From Eledone cirrhosa (lineage: Eukaryota): 64,000 nucleotides of DNA. This document shows, piece by piece, positions 13,458 through 24,979 of this stretch (positions are counted from its first letter, which is position 1; every line of letters starts with the position of its first letter). The notes under the pieces are model-generated. The model was not told the origin of the DNA, searched no databases, and worked only from the letters and a program-made list of their open reading frames with translations. Where the stretch lies: the NCBI GenBank assembly GCA_964016885.1, contig OZ024743.1:105896001-105960000 (forward strand), read 5' to 3'. A program made the position numbers and the translations under genes.

Positions 13458-15554
13458 ATGGCTACGAAAAAGAAATTTCATACGTCACTCCCACTCATTC
13501 CGTCTTCTTCTTCCTCAATCATCACTACAGCAGAGAGAAGATTGTCTCTCTCCCTCCCTTCTTTAAATGTGTCTCTCTCCCTCCCTTCTCTTTCGCAAGT
13601 GACGAAAGAAAAGAAAAGTCTCGTGCAAAGCGTGCAAGGTTTCTCCACGACGACGACGACAGCGACGAAACAGGTGTGCGGGAAATACGAAAACCCAGTT
13701 CATTCGTCTGACGTCAGGAATAATAGCAGTAGCAGCCGTAATAACAACAGCAACAGTGACAATGAAAACAACAGTAGCAGCCGCAACAGCATCACCAGCA
13801 GCATAAACAACAACAGCATTAGCAGCAGCAACACCAACAACAACCACAGCAACAGCGGCGGAGGCAGTAGTCGTAGTACCTGCAGCAACAACAAAAGTAC
13901 CAGCAGCTCTGACGACAACAACAACAGCAGAGAAAAACCAATCTCATTTGCAGGTATTGCGAAAAACTTGGAAACAATCCTCATAACAAATGAGGAATTA
14001 GAGGAAGCGAAGAAGATGGTGACAAAGAACGGACACCGAGCAATCTGCAAGGCAGCGAAAAATTTTTTCGAAACCCAAGAGCACTGTACGGTCACGTACC
14101 GTACAGTAAGTACAAAATCCCGTAGGGTGGAAAGAGCCACAGAGGCCCAAATACAAAAAGCCTTGGGGTCTGTGTGGCAGAGGAAAACGCACATCACCCG
14201 AGGCAAAAAATACGCCACCGTAGACGTACTTTTTGCCACACCCCAGGAGGCAAAGGCCCAATCAGTAGTGACTCTAAGGAGCGAGGAAATGGTGTTGGTG
14301 CCCTCCTACTGCGGGCAAAAAATTGTGAGGGTCAAACTGACCCACGTCCCCCCCGGAATGACCCCTTCTTGGCTGGCCGCGTCTGTCCTCGTCGGAATCG
14401 AGGACAAAACAACTGTACTGCAAGTACAGAAAAAAGTAAGAGAAGATTGGGTCGGCTCCTCCATTGAGATGCTAATCCAAACCAACCAGGAGTGCATCGA
14501 AGCTATCCCGGATGTGATAGACTTCGATAACGGCACTCAACTGCCCATAAGTGTTGAGGGCAAACGCCCGAAATGCTTTCGCTGTGGATCGAAGACTCAC
14601 CTCAGGGCCTTCTGCAACGAGAAGACCCTGAGAAAGGAGAAAACCCCCCTCCTTCCGAATCCGGCTCCACGGCTACCAGCAACAGGACAAGCGGCAACCA
14701 GGAACGATAGGTCCGTGGTACCCATACCCACTCCACGGAAATCAAAGACAGCAGCAGCAGTGGAAATATTAACAACAACAACAGCAATACCAAATGCAGC
14801 TGCAACAGAGACTCCAGTGCAAACATCACCAACAACAACAAGTGAAAGAGTGGAGCTGGTACCCCTCCCCGACCTTACAGAATCAGACATGGAGTGTGAG
14901 GTGGGAGAGGGATGGCAAAAGGTCGCAAGAAGGCACAAACGCAGAAGCAGCGCATCGTCGCCTTTGAAAAGGGAGGAAAGAAATGAGAAAAGGGTAAAGT
15001 CTACTGCAAAGAGACCCACAGCAGCAACAACACCAACACCATCACCACCCACACTAGCGCCACCATCACCACCGGCGACAACCCCACCGCCAACAACACC
15101 TTCAACACCACCACCACAAGCACCAACATCGCAAACACAACAACAAAACACACACACCCAGCAACAACGACAAGAAAATAGCAGAACCACACCCCACCCC
15201 CAGAAAAACAAATGCACGGCAATAAATACACACAACAAGAAACTAATGACTTACATAATTGAACACACAGACATTTCACAACAGGACTACATAATACCAG
15301 CACCAATCAAAACGCCAACTAACATAAGACTGCTAAAAATAGCACAGAAACAATACACAAACATTAAAACGAAATTCCCCAACGCAGTTGGTGATTTCAG
15401 GGACCTAGGAGGAACCATCAATCGAAGAGTATACTCAGACATTCTCTTAGAAGAGCCGACGACCAGCCGAAGGGACGATTCAACGGTCCCTTCACCAGAC
15501 GATCAAGTGAAAAGGGATGTAAAAACCATCCCTCCTCTACCAAAAGTACGGTAA
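13458..15554 (+). CDS. LINE ORF1 nucleic-acid-binding protein with CCHC zinc knuckle
   Basis: 698 aa open; CFRCGSKTHLRAFC; N/S-rich and P/T-rich low-complexity parts; ends 35 bp before ORF2. Confidence 0.88.
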   Translation: MATKKKFHTSLPLIPSSSSSIITTAERRLSLSLPSLNVSLSLPSLSQVTKEKKSLVQSVQGFSTTTTTATKQVCGKYENPVHSSDVRNNSSSSRNNNSNSDNENNSSSRNSITSSINNNSISSSNTNNNHSNSGGGSSRSTCSNNKSTSSSDDNNNSREKPISFAGIAKNLETILITNEELEEAKKMVTKNGHRAICKAAKNFFETQEHCTVTYRTVSTKSRRVERATEAQIQKALGSVWQRKTHITRGKKYATVDVLFATPQEAKAQSVVTLRSEEMVLVPSYCGQKIVRVKLTHVPPGMTPSWLAASVLVGIEDKTTVLQVQKKVREDWVGSSIEMLIQTNQECIEAIPDVIDFDNGTQLPISVEGKRPKCFRCGSKTHLRAFCNEKTLRKEKTPLLPNPAPRLPATGQAATRNDRSVVPIPTPRKSKTAAAVEILTTTTAIPNAAATETPVQTSPTTTSERVELVPLPDLTESDMECEVGEGWQKVARRHKRRSSASSPLKREERNEKRVKSTAKRPTAATTPTPSPPTLAPPSPPATTPPPTTPSTPPPQAPTSQTQQQNTHTQQQRQENSRTTPHPQKNKCTAINTHNKKLMTYIIEHTDISQQDYIIPAPIKTPTNIRLLKIAQKQYTNIKTKFPNAVGDFRDLGGTINRRVYSDILLEEPTTSRRDDSTVPSPDDQVKRDVKTIPPLPKVR

Positions 15555-15589
15555 GTGGTCTTTCCCATCTTTTCCACTCTATTTTAAAC

Positions 15590-18500
15590 ATGACCTCACT
15601 CAGAATAGGCAGCATAAATGCGCGTGGCTTGGGGTCGTCATGGAAGCAGGGTCACCTGCTCAACGACCTCAGGTCACTAAACATAGATGTAGTGGCCATC
15701 AGCGAGACCAGAATCTCCGAAGCACGGGCCTTCGCACCGATCTTCGGCGGCTACGATGTGTACGCATCTCCCAGCCGTCCTGGATCGGGTGGAGGAGTTG
15801 CTGTGCTTTTTCGGAGAGGTTTGGATCTCGCCATACGGGCCATCTTCCTGGACCCAGAGGGTAAGCTGGTGGTGCTGGACGTGACCAGCGGAGACGGGCA
15901 AGCTTTCAGGCTAGTGGCCGTCTATGCCCCGACAGGAGCAGGGCGGCCTGATTTCTTCCGGCGTCTGGAGACCTTTCTTGGAACGTCCCGCTCTTTAGTG
16001 TTAGTGGGCGACTGGAACGGGATCTTAGATGCACGCTGGGACTGTGTGGGATTAGCGGATAGGGGTGGAGGGTGCAAGAGCCTCACCAACCTGCTCAGGC
16101 GTTTTGAACTGTCTGACAGGTACCGATTGGATTTCCCGAATGTGCCAATGTGGACTTGGACAAACCGCATAGGGTCATCCAGATCATATCTAGATAGAGT
16201 ATTTTGTAGGGAAATAGATAGGTCTAGCATAGGCTGTCCACAATTCAAGATAGTCAGCTACACGGACCACAAATTCGTGATCTGTGTGCTTGACTTAGAT
16301 AGGCTTCATAGACGAGGACCCGGCTACTGGAAGCTAAACGCGTCCTTACCAGCGCGCAAGGCCTACAGAGACCGGATTAGCGAACTAGTTAAGCGGGCGT
16401 TGACGGGGGCCATCGTCAACAACAAGTGGTGGTTTGCTCTGAAAAGAGCGATTAGAATAGAATCGATTAGGTTTAGTAAGGCTTTAGCAATAGAGAAAAA
16501 TAGAGCAGAGGGAGAACTAGTTAGAAAATTAGACGAGGCGCTTAGCAAAGGCATTGCGACCGACGTGCTTGCGGCGAAATTGGCCCTTGACCAATTCTTC
16601 AATGCAAAGCACGAAGGCTGCGTTGTCAGAGCTAGGGTGCGTGCTCTCAGACACGAGGGGACGAAAGCCGTTCAATGGGCCCGAGTGGCGGAGGCGCGTC
16701 GTGGCAACAAAGCCACGATCCGGTCTTTGGTGGACCACGACGGGCGCATGCTACTCGAACCCGGGCAAATGTGTGAAGCTTTTCAGCGACACTTCGCTCA
16801 GCTGTTCGGGGGCAGCGGGGGGCCGGGTAGAGGGATGGACTTTAGTGTCTACCTCGACGGACTGCCGCGGCTCTCGGCCACTGAGGTGAAGTGTTGCGAA
16901 AAGCCGATAACAGCCGCTGAAGTAAGGGAGGCAATGACTGGCTGCACAAGGGGTAAATCGCCTGGTTTGGATGGTCTGCCCTATGAACTTTACGTACAGA
17001 TGCCAGACATGTTCGGAGGCCTCTTGGCGGACGTCTACTGCAACTGGCAACAGAACGGGAGAATTCCCAGTTCTGTGAGCCGAGGAGCGGTGGCACTGCT
17101 GAGAAAGGATCCGAACAAGGGGGATAACATAGACAATTTCCGGCCCATAACTCTGCTAAACACAGAGTTTAAGATTTTGGCCAAGGTGCTAGCAAAGAGG
17201 TTGGCGCTTGTCGATGGTGGTCTGGTGGGAGAGGCGCAGACATGCGCCATTCCCGACAGATCCATCCACGACAACCTCCACCTCATGCGATACATCGTAG
17301 AGAGGGTAGCTAGGGAACCTGGCACGGGTGGGTCCTTGATCAATTTAGATCAGTCGAAAGCTTTCGATAGGGTCGACCATCGTTACCTAGCGGCAGTCCT
17401 GAGGGCGGCTGGCTTTGGGCCCGTCTTCAGAGGCTGGATCGCTGCCATGCACAGCGACATCTGCTCTGTGGTGAGAGTGAACGGTCACCTGTCGGAACCG
17501 TTCAACATCATGCGCTCGGTCCGCCAAGGATGTCCCCTCTCGTCCCTCTTGTACGTATTGACTCTCGAGCCATTACTGCACAAACTGGAGACGTTGAGGG
17601 GAGTCCCGCGCGAACTAGGATGCGGAAGATCCGTGTCAGCATATGCGGACGATGTCACCGTAGTGGTGTCGAACGCCAAACACATCGAGGCGATCGGCAC
17701 TACACTAAGAGAATACGAAGCGGTGACAGGAGCAATGATCAACCAGGAAAAGTCAGTGGGCCTGCAGCTCGGCACCTGGAGAGGCAGGTCCATGCCGTCC
17801 AACAGCGTCGTCGGGCGCTGGACGGACGGACCGGTTAAATTGCTAGGGGTCTGGTTCGGTCCGGACCTCCAGACGGACAAAAACTGGGACGAGGTGACGA
17901 GCAGGGTGGCTTCTCTCACCCAGAAATGGGCGGAGAGGAAGCTATCCCTGAAAGGTCGAGCGGAGGTGGCTAACGCGTACATCGCGTCTGTCATCTGCTA
18001 CCGCCTAACCGTCGTACCTTGTCCTAAGCCTCGCCTGACTGCGCTGGAGCGTTTGCTCTTTCGCTTTTTGTGGAAGGGACGTGCTCCGATGGTCAGGCGG
18101 TCCATCTGTTGTCAACACCCGCTACGTGGAGGGCTGGGCATGCCGTGGCTGATGATGCGCAGGCACGCGCTCAGGCTACGACATCTCCACCTCTTCCTCG
18201 ACGGTGATCAGGTGTGGTCGCCGTTTGCTAGACGCGTTTTTCCCCAGCTCGTTTCCTTGACGGAGCTGCAGTCCTGGGTCAAGCGAAGACCGAGAGGGAG
18301 CGCCTGGAGACTGGAATGTCTTCAGGCGCTCACAGCCCTCGACCAATCGGGCAATGTGATCGGTGGAAACTCCACCTCGGCGTTCTATAGAGGATTAGTG
18401 GAGGGGAAGAGCGACGACGTACTTGGGGAAACTCTAGGCGTCGACGAAAATCAACTAGCCAATCTCTTCGGAAGAACTTTCGGGCCAGGGCCTATGGACA

Positions 18501-19009
18501 ACTTCCAGAAATCTCTGGCCTGGCAGTGCTACCGAGGAGCCTTGCCAGTTCGGGATAAACTCTACAGGCATGGAGGTGCCGTCAGCCGGGCATGTCCGAG
18601 ATGCGCGCAGGGCGACGAAACCGTCCTGCACGCACTCGTCCAGTGTCCGAAAATTGCTGACTTGTGGGTTTATGTCGAACACATGCTGTCGCGTTTAGGA
18701 CGGATCCAGCTATCATCTGAGTCTATCGTGAGGATTGCCCCGCCCTCCTCCTTTAGCCGGGAAGGGCAGGCAGTTTTTATCTGTCTGGTGGCCATGGCGA
18801 AAGAGATAGTATGGTGGACACGTTTGAAAGGGCTGAAGACGAGCACTTACCTCTTCGGTGATGCTCTGATTGACTTTTTCAAATTTCATTTGAAAAGGAA
18901 AATCAGAGTAGAGAGGGAAGTGCTCTCTTCCCAGCATTTTGTTGAAAGATCGGTGAGAGAAGCAAGAATGGCCCGAGTGAATGGGCCGACTCTGAGTATA
19001 TATCTGTAA
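15590..19009 (+). CDS. LINE ORF2: APE endonuclease, reverse transcriptase and C-terminal zinc finger
   Basis: 1139 aa open; SINARGL, ISET, VYAP, GDWN, YLDR, TDH; KSPGLDG, FRPITLLN, LDQSKAFDRV, VRQGCPLS, AYADD; CPRC..ETVLH...C. Confidence 0.96.
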   Translation: MTSLRIGSINARGLGSSWKQGHLLNDLRSLNIDVVAISETRISEARAFAPIFGGYDVYASPSRPGSGGGVAVLFRRGLDLAIRAIFLDPEGKLVVLDVTSGDGQAFRLVAVYAPTGAGRPDFFRRLETFLGTSRSLVLVGDWNGILDARWDCVGLADRGGGCKSLTNLLRRFELSDRYRLDFPNVPMWTWTNRIGSSRSYLDRVFCREIDRSSIGCPQFKIVSYTDHKFVICVLDLDRLHRRGPGYWKLNASLPARKAYRDRISELVKRALTGAIVNNKWWFALKRAIRIESIRFSKALAIEKNRAEGELVRKLDEALSKGIATDVLAAKLALDQFFNAKHEGCVVRARVRALRHEGTKAVQWARVAEARRGNKATIRSLVDHDGRMLLEPGQMCEAFQRHFAQLFGGSGGPGRGMDFSVYLDGLPRLSATEVKCCEKPITAAEVREAMTGCTRGKSPGLDGLPYELYVQMPDMFGGLLADVYCNWQQNGRIPSSVSRGAVALLRKDPNKGDNIDNFRPITLLNTEFKILAKVLAKRLALVDGGLVGEAQTCAIPDRSIHDNLHLMRYIVERVAREPGTGGSLINLDQSKAFDRVDHRYLAAVLRAAGFGPVFRGWIAAMHSDICSVVRVNGHLSEPFNIMRSVRQGCPLSSLLYVLTLEPLLHKLETLRGVPRELGCGRSVSAYADDVTVVVSNAKHIEAIGTTLREYEAVTGAMINQEKSVGLQLGTWRGRSMPSNSVVGRWTDGPVKLLGVWFGPDLQTDKNWDEVTSRVASLTQKWAERKLSLKGRAEVANAYIASVICYRLTVVPCPKPRLTALERLLFRFLWKGRAPMVRRSICCQHPLRGGLGMPWLMMRRHALRLRHLHLFLDGDQVWSPFARRVFPQLVSLTELQSWVKRRPRGSAWRLECLQALTALDQSGNVIGGNSTSAFYRGLVEGKSDDVLGETLGVDENQLANLFGRTFGPGPMDNFQKSLAWQCYRGALPVRDKLYRHGGAVSRACPRCAQGDETVLHALVQCPKIADLWVYVEHMLSRLGRIQLSSESIVRIAPPSSFSREGQAVFICLVAMAKEIVWWTRLKGLKTSTYLFGDALIDFFKFHLKRKIRVEREVLSSQHFVERSVREARMARVNGPTLSIYL

Positions 19010-19270
19010 ACTAAAGGTGGAAAACTGGGAGAGGGCACTTGCCTTGGTGGTCAGGGTCATTGTGGCTTTTTACTGGGCTTTCTCCACAAATGTCCCTCCG
19101 AAGTCTCCCCCCTATTGGGGAATTTTTCATTGTTATTTTCATTGTTATTTTTGTTACATCCTCTGTTTTTGTTTTTTTTACACGCAGAAATGCCCATTTG
19201 TACCGTCCTGCATTGTCCTGCACTGTCCTTAATGTCTACTTTATGTAAACCCTTGTGGTTAATAAAGAAA

Positions 19271-19311
<41 letters not shown>

Positions 19312-20425
19312 GTTCTTTCAGTCTCAGTCATTGATGTTAGTTAAATGGAAAGTTTGTTGAAGTGAATATCATGCCACTACCTGCAACCTCGGATATTCAG
19401 GACGTAGCGGAGAGTTCTTGCTGTTCCCAGCAAGCATGCCTTTTGAAGTGCTCCAAAAGCGGGGCGGGGCCAATTTTCTTTAACCATCCCTGGAAACTTT
19501 TTGAGATAGTACCTGCACTAGGTACTATGCCTATGACAATCGGGACCACTTTGACTTCATGGCAGTTCCAAATCCTTTTTACCTCACACTTTAAGTCCTG
19601 GTATCGGTTAATTTTCTCCCTCTCCTTCTCATGCACTCTCGTGTCGAATGGGCAGGCCACATCCACAATCAGGCACGATATTTTTTCTTTGTCCAAAACC
19701 ACCAGGTCAGGTCTATTGTGTTCCAGTTTCTTGTCCGTCTGTATCCTAAAATCCCATAGCGCTGTCACCTGATCGTTTCCTATCACCGACTCTGGCTTAT
19801 GTACATACCACTTCTCAGAATGTGGTAAATTGTTTACTTTGCATAGGTGCCAGTGGATCCCCCTGCCCATCACATCATGTCTCCAGCCCTTATAGTGAGT
19901 CTGGGCTAGGTGTTTACACTCGGATACAATGTGAGCCACAGTCTCCTCTCTCTCTCCACACATCCTGCACAGTGGGCTAGCCTCTTCCTTGAAAATATGG
20001 TGGTTCAACCACTTCGTTTTGAGGGCCTGCTCTTGCGCAGCCATTAGCATTCCTTCTGTAGCCCTTTTAAGGTCTCCTCTTTTCAACCAGTTCCATGTCT
20101 GTGGATCTCTGTATTCAGTTTTCTCAAAGAAGGAACTATGAAGGGGTTTTTCATGAAGGCTGCTCTTTCTCCTTGTTGTTATTTCCTCCTTGGACATCCC
20201 CTGGTCTATTGTCCTCTCCTTCAGTACAATTCTGAGCATTGGCTCCTTACTATCAGTAAAGTATTTGTGTAGGTTGTTTTTCTCCATCTGAACACAGTCC
20301 TCTATGCTGATAAGACCTCTTTCACCTTCAGATCTCCTTAAGTAGAGTCTATCGACATCACTCCTCTTGTGGAACATGTTGTAGATAGTCAATAGTTTCC
20401 TTGTCTTCCTATCCATTTCTTTTTC

Positions 20426-20430
<5 letters not shown>
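19312..20430 (-). mobile_element. 5'-truncated R4/Dong LINE (zinc finger plus restriction-like endonuclease) within (TAA)n
   Basis: AAQEQAL, CRMC..ETVAHIVSEC, RHD, RPDL...IVDVACPFD...EK...Y.DL; (TAA)n on both sides on the minus strand. Confidence 0.9.
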
Positions 20431-20485
<55 letters not shown>

Positions 20486-23400
20486 TGTCATCATCAATAA
20501 AATCTTATTTATTATTAGAAAATACTAAACACGTGCCAAAATTTAATCGAAATTTGAATTTCACTTAACATTTAATGTTAGGTAATCGAATGTTATTTTT
20601 TCCTTGTTTTCCATTAACTGAGTTTAATATCTAAGCTATATTGAAACATAAAAACAAATAGAAAATAAACAAAACAAAACTATATAACATAAATTGATAC
20701 AAGTATAGATCATGAAATTGTATTGAAATTCTAGTAAGAAGAAAACCTGATGCTTGGAACCGATTCCAAATCTAATGGTAATTTAATTTTTTCAAAAAAT
20801 TCTTTCCAGTTTAATACACACGTATTACGCGAAATATGATTTGAAAATGTATAAAGTTGTTATTATGACATTCGTGAAAATATAGCTATTGTACACAAGG
20901 CGAAATATAATCAATTCATTTCTGAAATATCCAGAATGTTCTCTACAATTCTTTAGAAATCACAGAAACCTATCTATGTTTGTGTTGGTTTTGGTAATTA
21001 AAAGGGAAAATGGTTTGTTTCTTAGGTGCTTTTAAATTTAACTCCTAGATGCCTGTGATTCATATTGTTACAGTAAAACCTCATTCACAATTTCATTTTC
21101 TGGAAATGTATGTATATAACACATAACACCTGATGGAATCGCATGGGTACCGTACTGAGTTAAATGTGTGTATGTTTGGACATGTAACTTTACCTGAAAT
21201 CAAACGGATACCGGAGTGGTATACAGTGTTTCCTGAGCAATTTCAACGCTGTCTAGCACACCCTGTCTTCAAATCTGAACGCAGCTGATTTCTTACAAAG
21301 AATGAGAAAAAAATAAACATAAAGAGTGAGATATAAAAGAAGAACCGACACCAAATGTTAGACAGATGATTTTGTACCGAGTTCAAAAGAATGAAAGACA
21401 ATATTTACCCCAATAGCATTTGAGCTCAGAGTGGAGATAGCCTATTACTAGAAAAATATTGTAGAAGCAAATGTTTTAAATATGTAAATAGTGTACTGGA
21501 ATGAATAGTAACTAAATAGATGATTCGAAACATCAACCCTCACCAGGGATATTATGGGTTTAAGCAGGGATACTAAGCTTACATATCTGTTTCAAATCTC
21601 ACGTGCACCTGCATTCAAGCAGTTACTAAAGAAGTTAGAAAGCATTACTGACAGAGACAGGAGCATAAATGGTACCGTTTCTCATACAATACAGAAACAC
21701 ACATTCGCACACGACTAAATAATACAGTCATAAGCAAACGAGTATGAATGGATATTTTGTGACATGCTCTTGTGTTTTCTAGAGAAAATACAAAATCATA
21801 TAAGCACAAATTGCGAGCATCCTACAGCTTATTCTGACACTAGAATTGGGTTCGTGAAGAGCTATAACTTCCAGAACAACTCCACATGTAATTTTCAACT
21901 ACGGCTTCACTACGTTGCTGTCTTTTCCTTTTTTGTATTTTGTCGCCCTGTTTTGTATTCAAATAATTGTACAAAGGTGATGTTTGAAATATCATATGAT
22001 TGGTGAAAATACAAAACATCAATTGTCCGCTAGAAATACTATACAAGGATTGGCAATATCAGGAAACACCCCGATTTCATTTTTGTACCAGTAAAAGAGA
22101 TATGCCAAATATCTAATCACCATAAATCTATATTAGACAATATATACTGGAGAGTACAGTAGGGGAATCATGCTAGTATTGTTTTATTTATGTTGTCAGC
22201 AGTAGTAGTATGTCGATGTTATTGTTTACTTTCTCAAATCGAAGATCTCTAAAAGGTTACAATAACGTGTGCACCACGAAAAAGCACCCCAAAAGCAATC
22301 TGATGTTGGTAAACCCGGCGACTGATTAAGAGCTACGTTACATACCAATCGGTCGATTTTACCTATAAATAAAGATTTCAATAATAATTGAAATTACTTC
22401 AAGTCAAGAGAAATATATTTTTTTATGTATTGCTTTTCTTTCAAAATAATTTGTGAATATCATTAATCTATCTTACAGTTGTACAGAGAATGACAACAAT
22501 GTTACAATTTCTTCCGTAACACTACAAATGCGAACATTTTTATGAACGAGAAATATCGTAAAAGTGATAAAAAGGAATAAGTGGAATTAAAACATGGATT
22601 GGGCATTATTTTCTCTTTACATAGCAATTTACACAACGCAAGGTAACAGAATAAATTGTGTGCAACAGAAACGAGAGCTCATTCTATTAAAGGTATTGTT
22701 TTGTAATAGTATTGAAAGCGTGCAGCATCTATATTACACGAAACGCTATTTATTCTGATTAGCCTTTAAGCCTTTCTGTTTACGAAAGACAATTGGTTTG
22801 TTGGCTGGAATCGGTAAAAGAAGGAGAAACTTAAATAAAAACGTAATTCATTCCATAGACGCTAATTCATCCAAGGAATGTAAAGGCTTAATGGTTTGTT
22901 TCTATTTCCCTTTTTATTCCTTCCTGATTTGAAGTTCGAAGGAAGCTACTTATAAATAAACGATTACTTTAACATCACCATCGGAATATCAGAGAGTTCA
23001 ATGATACATTGCTTTAGAAATAGTGGGTTCAGTCGTAGATTTTATCCCGTCAAACGTCGTAAAAATCCTTGGGTATATTCATGAAATAATGTCAAAATTA
23101 CTTTCGTAATGGAATCGCCTTACAGCAAATGCTGACTCACATCATTTGGCATAAAAACGAATATGGCCTAACAGACTACCATTTAGACAAGAGTTTGAAT
23201 ATTAACAGTTTTATCGTTTTAACTTTATATGCTTCATAATAGGTGTAGTGTGAAGACACTTACACGTAGAGATGCCTAACAGGCACGTACTATTACCGTT
23301 ATTAATATCATTTTTGCAGGTAAATAATAGAGCAGTTAGTATTTTGGTATTTGTAGTTATGAATGTTTAAATCTCATGAATTAAGGTCAGTCTTTATTGT

Positions 23401-23489
23401 TTGACAAAGGAGAACAACATTGAACAATATTAAAAGTGATTTACTCTGCCTGAATTCCTTTACGTCACAAATAAGCCAACAGAGTGCTG

Positions 23490-23690
23490 TATTGGTAGAG
23501 TCTGTAGAGCGTCAGACAACAGGCAATGCGGTATATATTGTCTTTTACGTTCTGAGTTCAAATCTCACAGAGGTTAATTTGCCTTTCACTTTTGTAGGGT
23601 CGATGAATTAAAGTACCAGTAACGTATTGGATGGGTAAATCTTCCTTTGCTCTCGACTTGTGGGACTTGTGTCAAAAGTAGAAAGAACAT
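23490..23690 (+). mobile_element. diverged SINE copy
   Basis: gagttcaaatctcacagaggttaatttgcctttca...gtcgatgaattaaagtaccag. Confidence 0.7.
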
Positions 23691-23889
23691 TTTTAGGGAT
23701 TATTTGCAAGACAACTAAGCTTAAACCGGTTTTTACTATCGAAACCGTATAAGCTAAGCCAGCCAGAAAATAATATCTATAATAATATCTACACTATACG
23801 TTACTTACATATAGAAAACTAAGTTAAATTGGATACTGATCTTAAGGGACTTAAATAATAACAACTCGACTCTCTCAGTATATATATGT

Positions 23890-23968
<79 letters not shown>

Positions 23969-24121
23969 CAAGATGTATGGTAGGTCGTATGTGAATTGCG
24001 ATGATCACGTCTGACCTACTAAATATGCGACGGTAGCTAGTTAAGCTCTATGCGTATAAGCAGAGCAGACATATTAATGAAAAAGAACAAAGGAACTATA
24101 ATGACATTATAACAAGTTTAT

Positions 24122-24168
24122 TGCCGACAGCCGTTTCGTCCGACCATATGGTGGGACTTTTCAAGGCA
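24122..24168 (-). ncRNA. type I hammerhead ribozyme motif (U3-A8 variant)
   Basis: UGCC UUGAAAA GUCC CACCAUAUGGUC GGAC GAAAC GGCU GUC GGCA. Confidence 0.82.
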
Positions 24169-24607
24169 TATAACATGTGATTGTAAGTTCATTATTTGGG
24201 AAACTTTATATTTTTTTAGGGAAACTTTATATATTTATTTTTTTATTTTATTTTATTAGTCTCTTAATCTCTTCTAGTTTAAGTTTATTGGGGCTTGTAA
24301 GCTTTATGCACTTATTGAGGGATCTTTTAAGGTGCTTCTACGAGATCCCAAGTCTTTTACTTTTAATGCGTAAATTATAAATTATCTAATTTTTAACCTT
24401 CAATCCCTGACTCTTAGGCCATTTTCAAATTCTCTTAACTCCCCATAACCCATCCCTTTTACAATTCCGACAACTAATATAAAAGAGCCCCCTTAGAATA
24501 TAGACCCCAAATATACAAGCGGAGCTGCTGATGTATACCACAATTTCAAACTGCTAGTCTTAAGTGATACGTTGATGTAAATAATGAACTTACAATCACA
24601 TGTTATA

Positions 24608-24654
24608 TGCCTTGAAAAGTCCCACCATATGGTCGGACGAAACGGCTGTCGGCA
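24608..24654 (+). ncRNA. type I hammerhead ribozyme motif (U3-A8 variant)
   Basis: Identical to the motif at 24122-24168, on the opposite strand. Confidence 0.82.
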
Positions 24655-24921
24655 ATAAACTTGTTATAATGTCATAATAGTTCCTTTGTTCTTTTTCATT
24701 AATATATATATATATATATATATATATCTTAAGGTTTGTTGGTTCACCACTGGATAGAACTGGTCATTCCGTATGGTCAATCCTGGTGTAATATTGTGAA
24801 GAGTACTCAACACAGTGCAGTTCACCCATCTTCGTTTGTGTAGTTGGTGGTGCGAATACGGAGTTAATTTTAAATGAAGTAACAGGAGGCTGGACTGGTG
24901 TAAATCCTTGAAAGGTTTATT

Positions 24922-24979
24922 ATACTATGATCATTTCAATGACCGGGTTCCATATGAATCCGGTGATATCATCAGGTAT
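24922..24979 (-). ncRNA. type I hammerhead ribozyme motif
   Basis: AUAC CUGAUGA UAUC ACCGG..CCGGU CAUU GAAAU GAUC AUA GUAU. Confidence 0.75.

Larger units (their letters stand above)
13243..19272 (+). mobile_element. apparently intact Tx1/L1-clade LINE in an (ATT)n tract
   Basis: 5' UTR, two uninterrupted ORFs, 3' UTR with AATAAA at 19261; (ATT)n at about 13215-13242 and 19273-19311. Confidence 0.93.
23967..24705. mobile_element. non-coding inverted-repeat element, arms 24071-24197 / 24579-24705, one HHR per arm
   Basis: About 127-bp near-perfect inverted arms; (TA)n flanks; no ORF. Confidence 0.85.

Noticed and set aside
14306-18682. Antisense and overlapping ORFs within the Tx1 element
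   Set aside because: Shadow ORFs of GC-rich coding sequence.
20500-23480. Unique-looking AT-rich stretch as possible host exons
   Set aside because: No credible ORF or splice-consistent exon is visible; likely intronic or intergenic.
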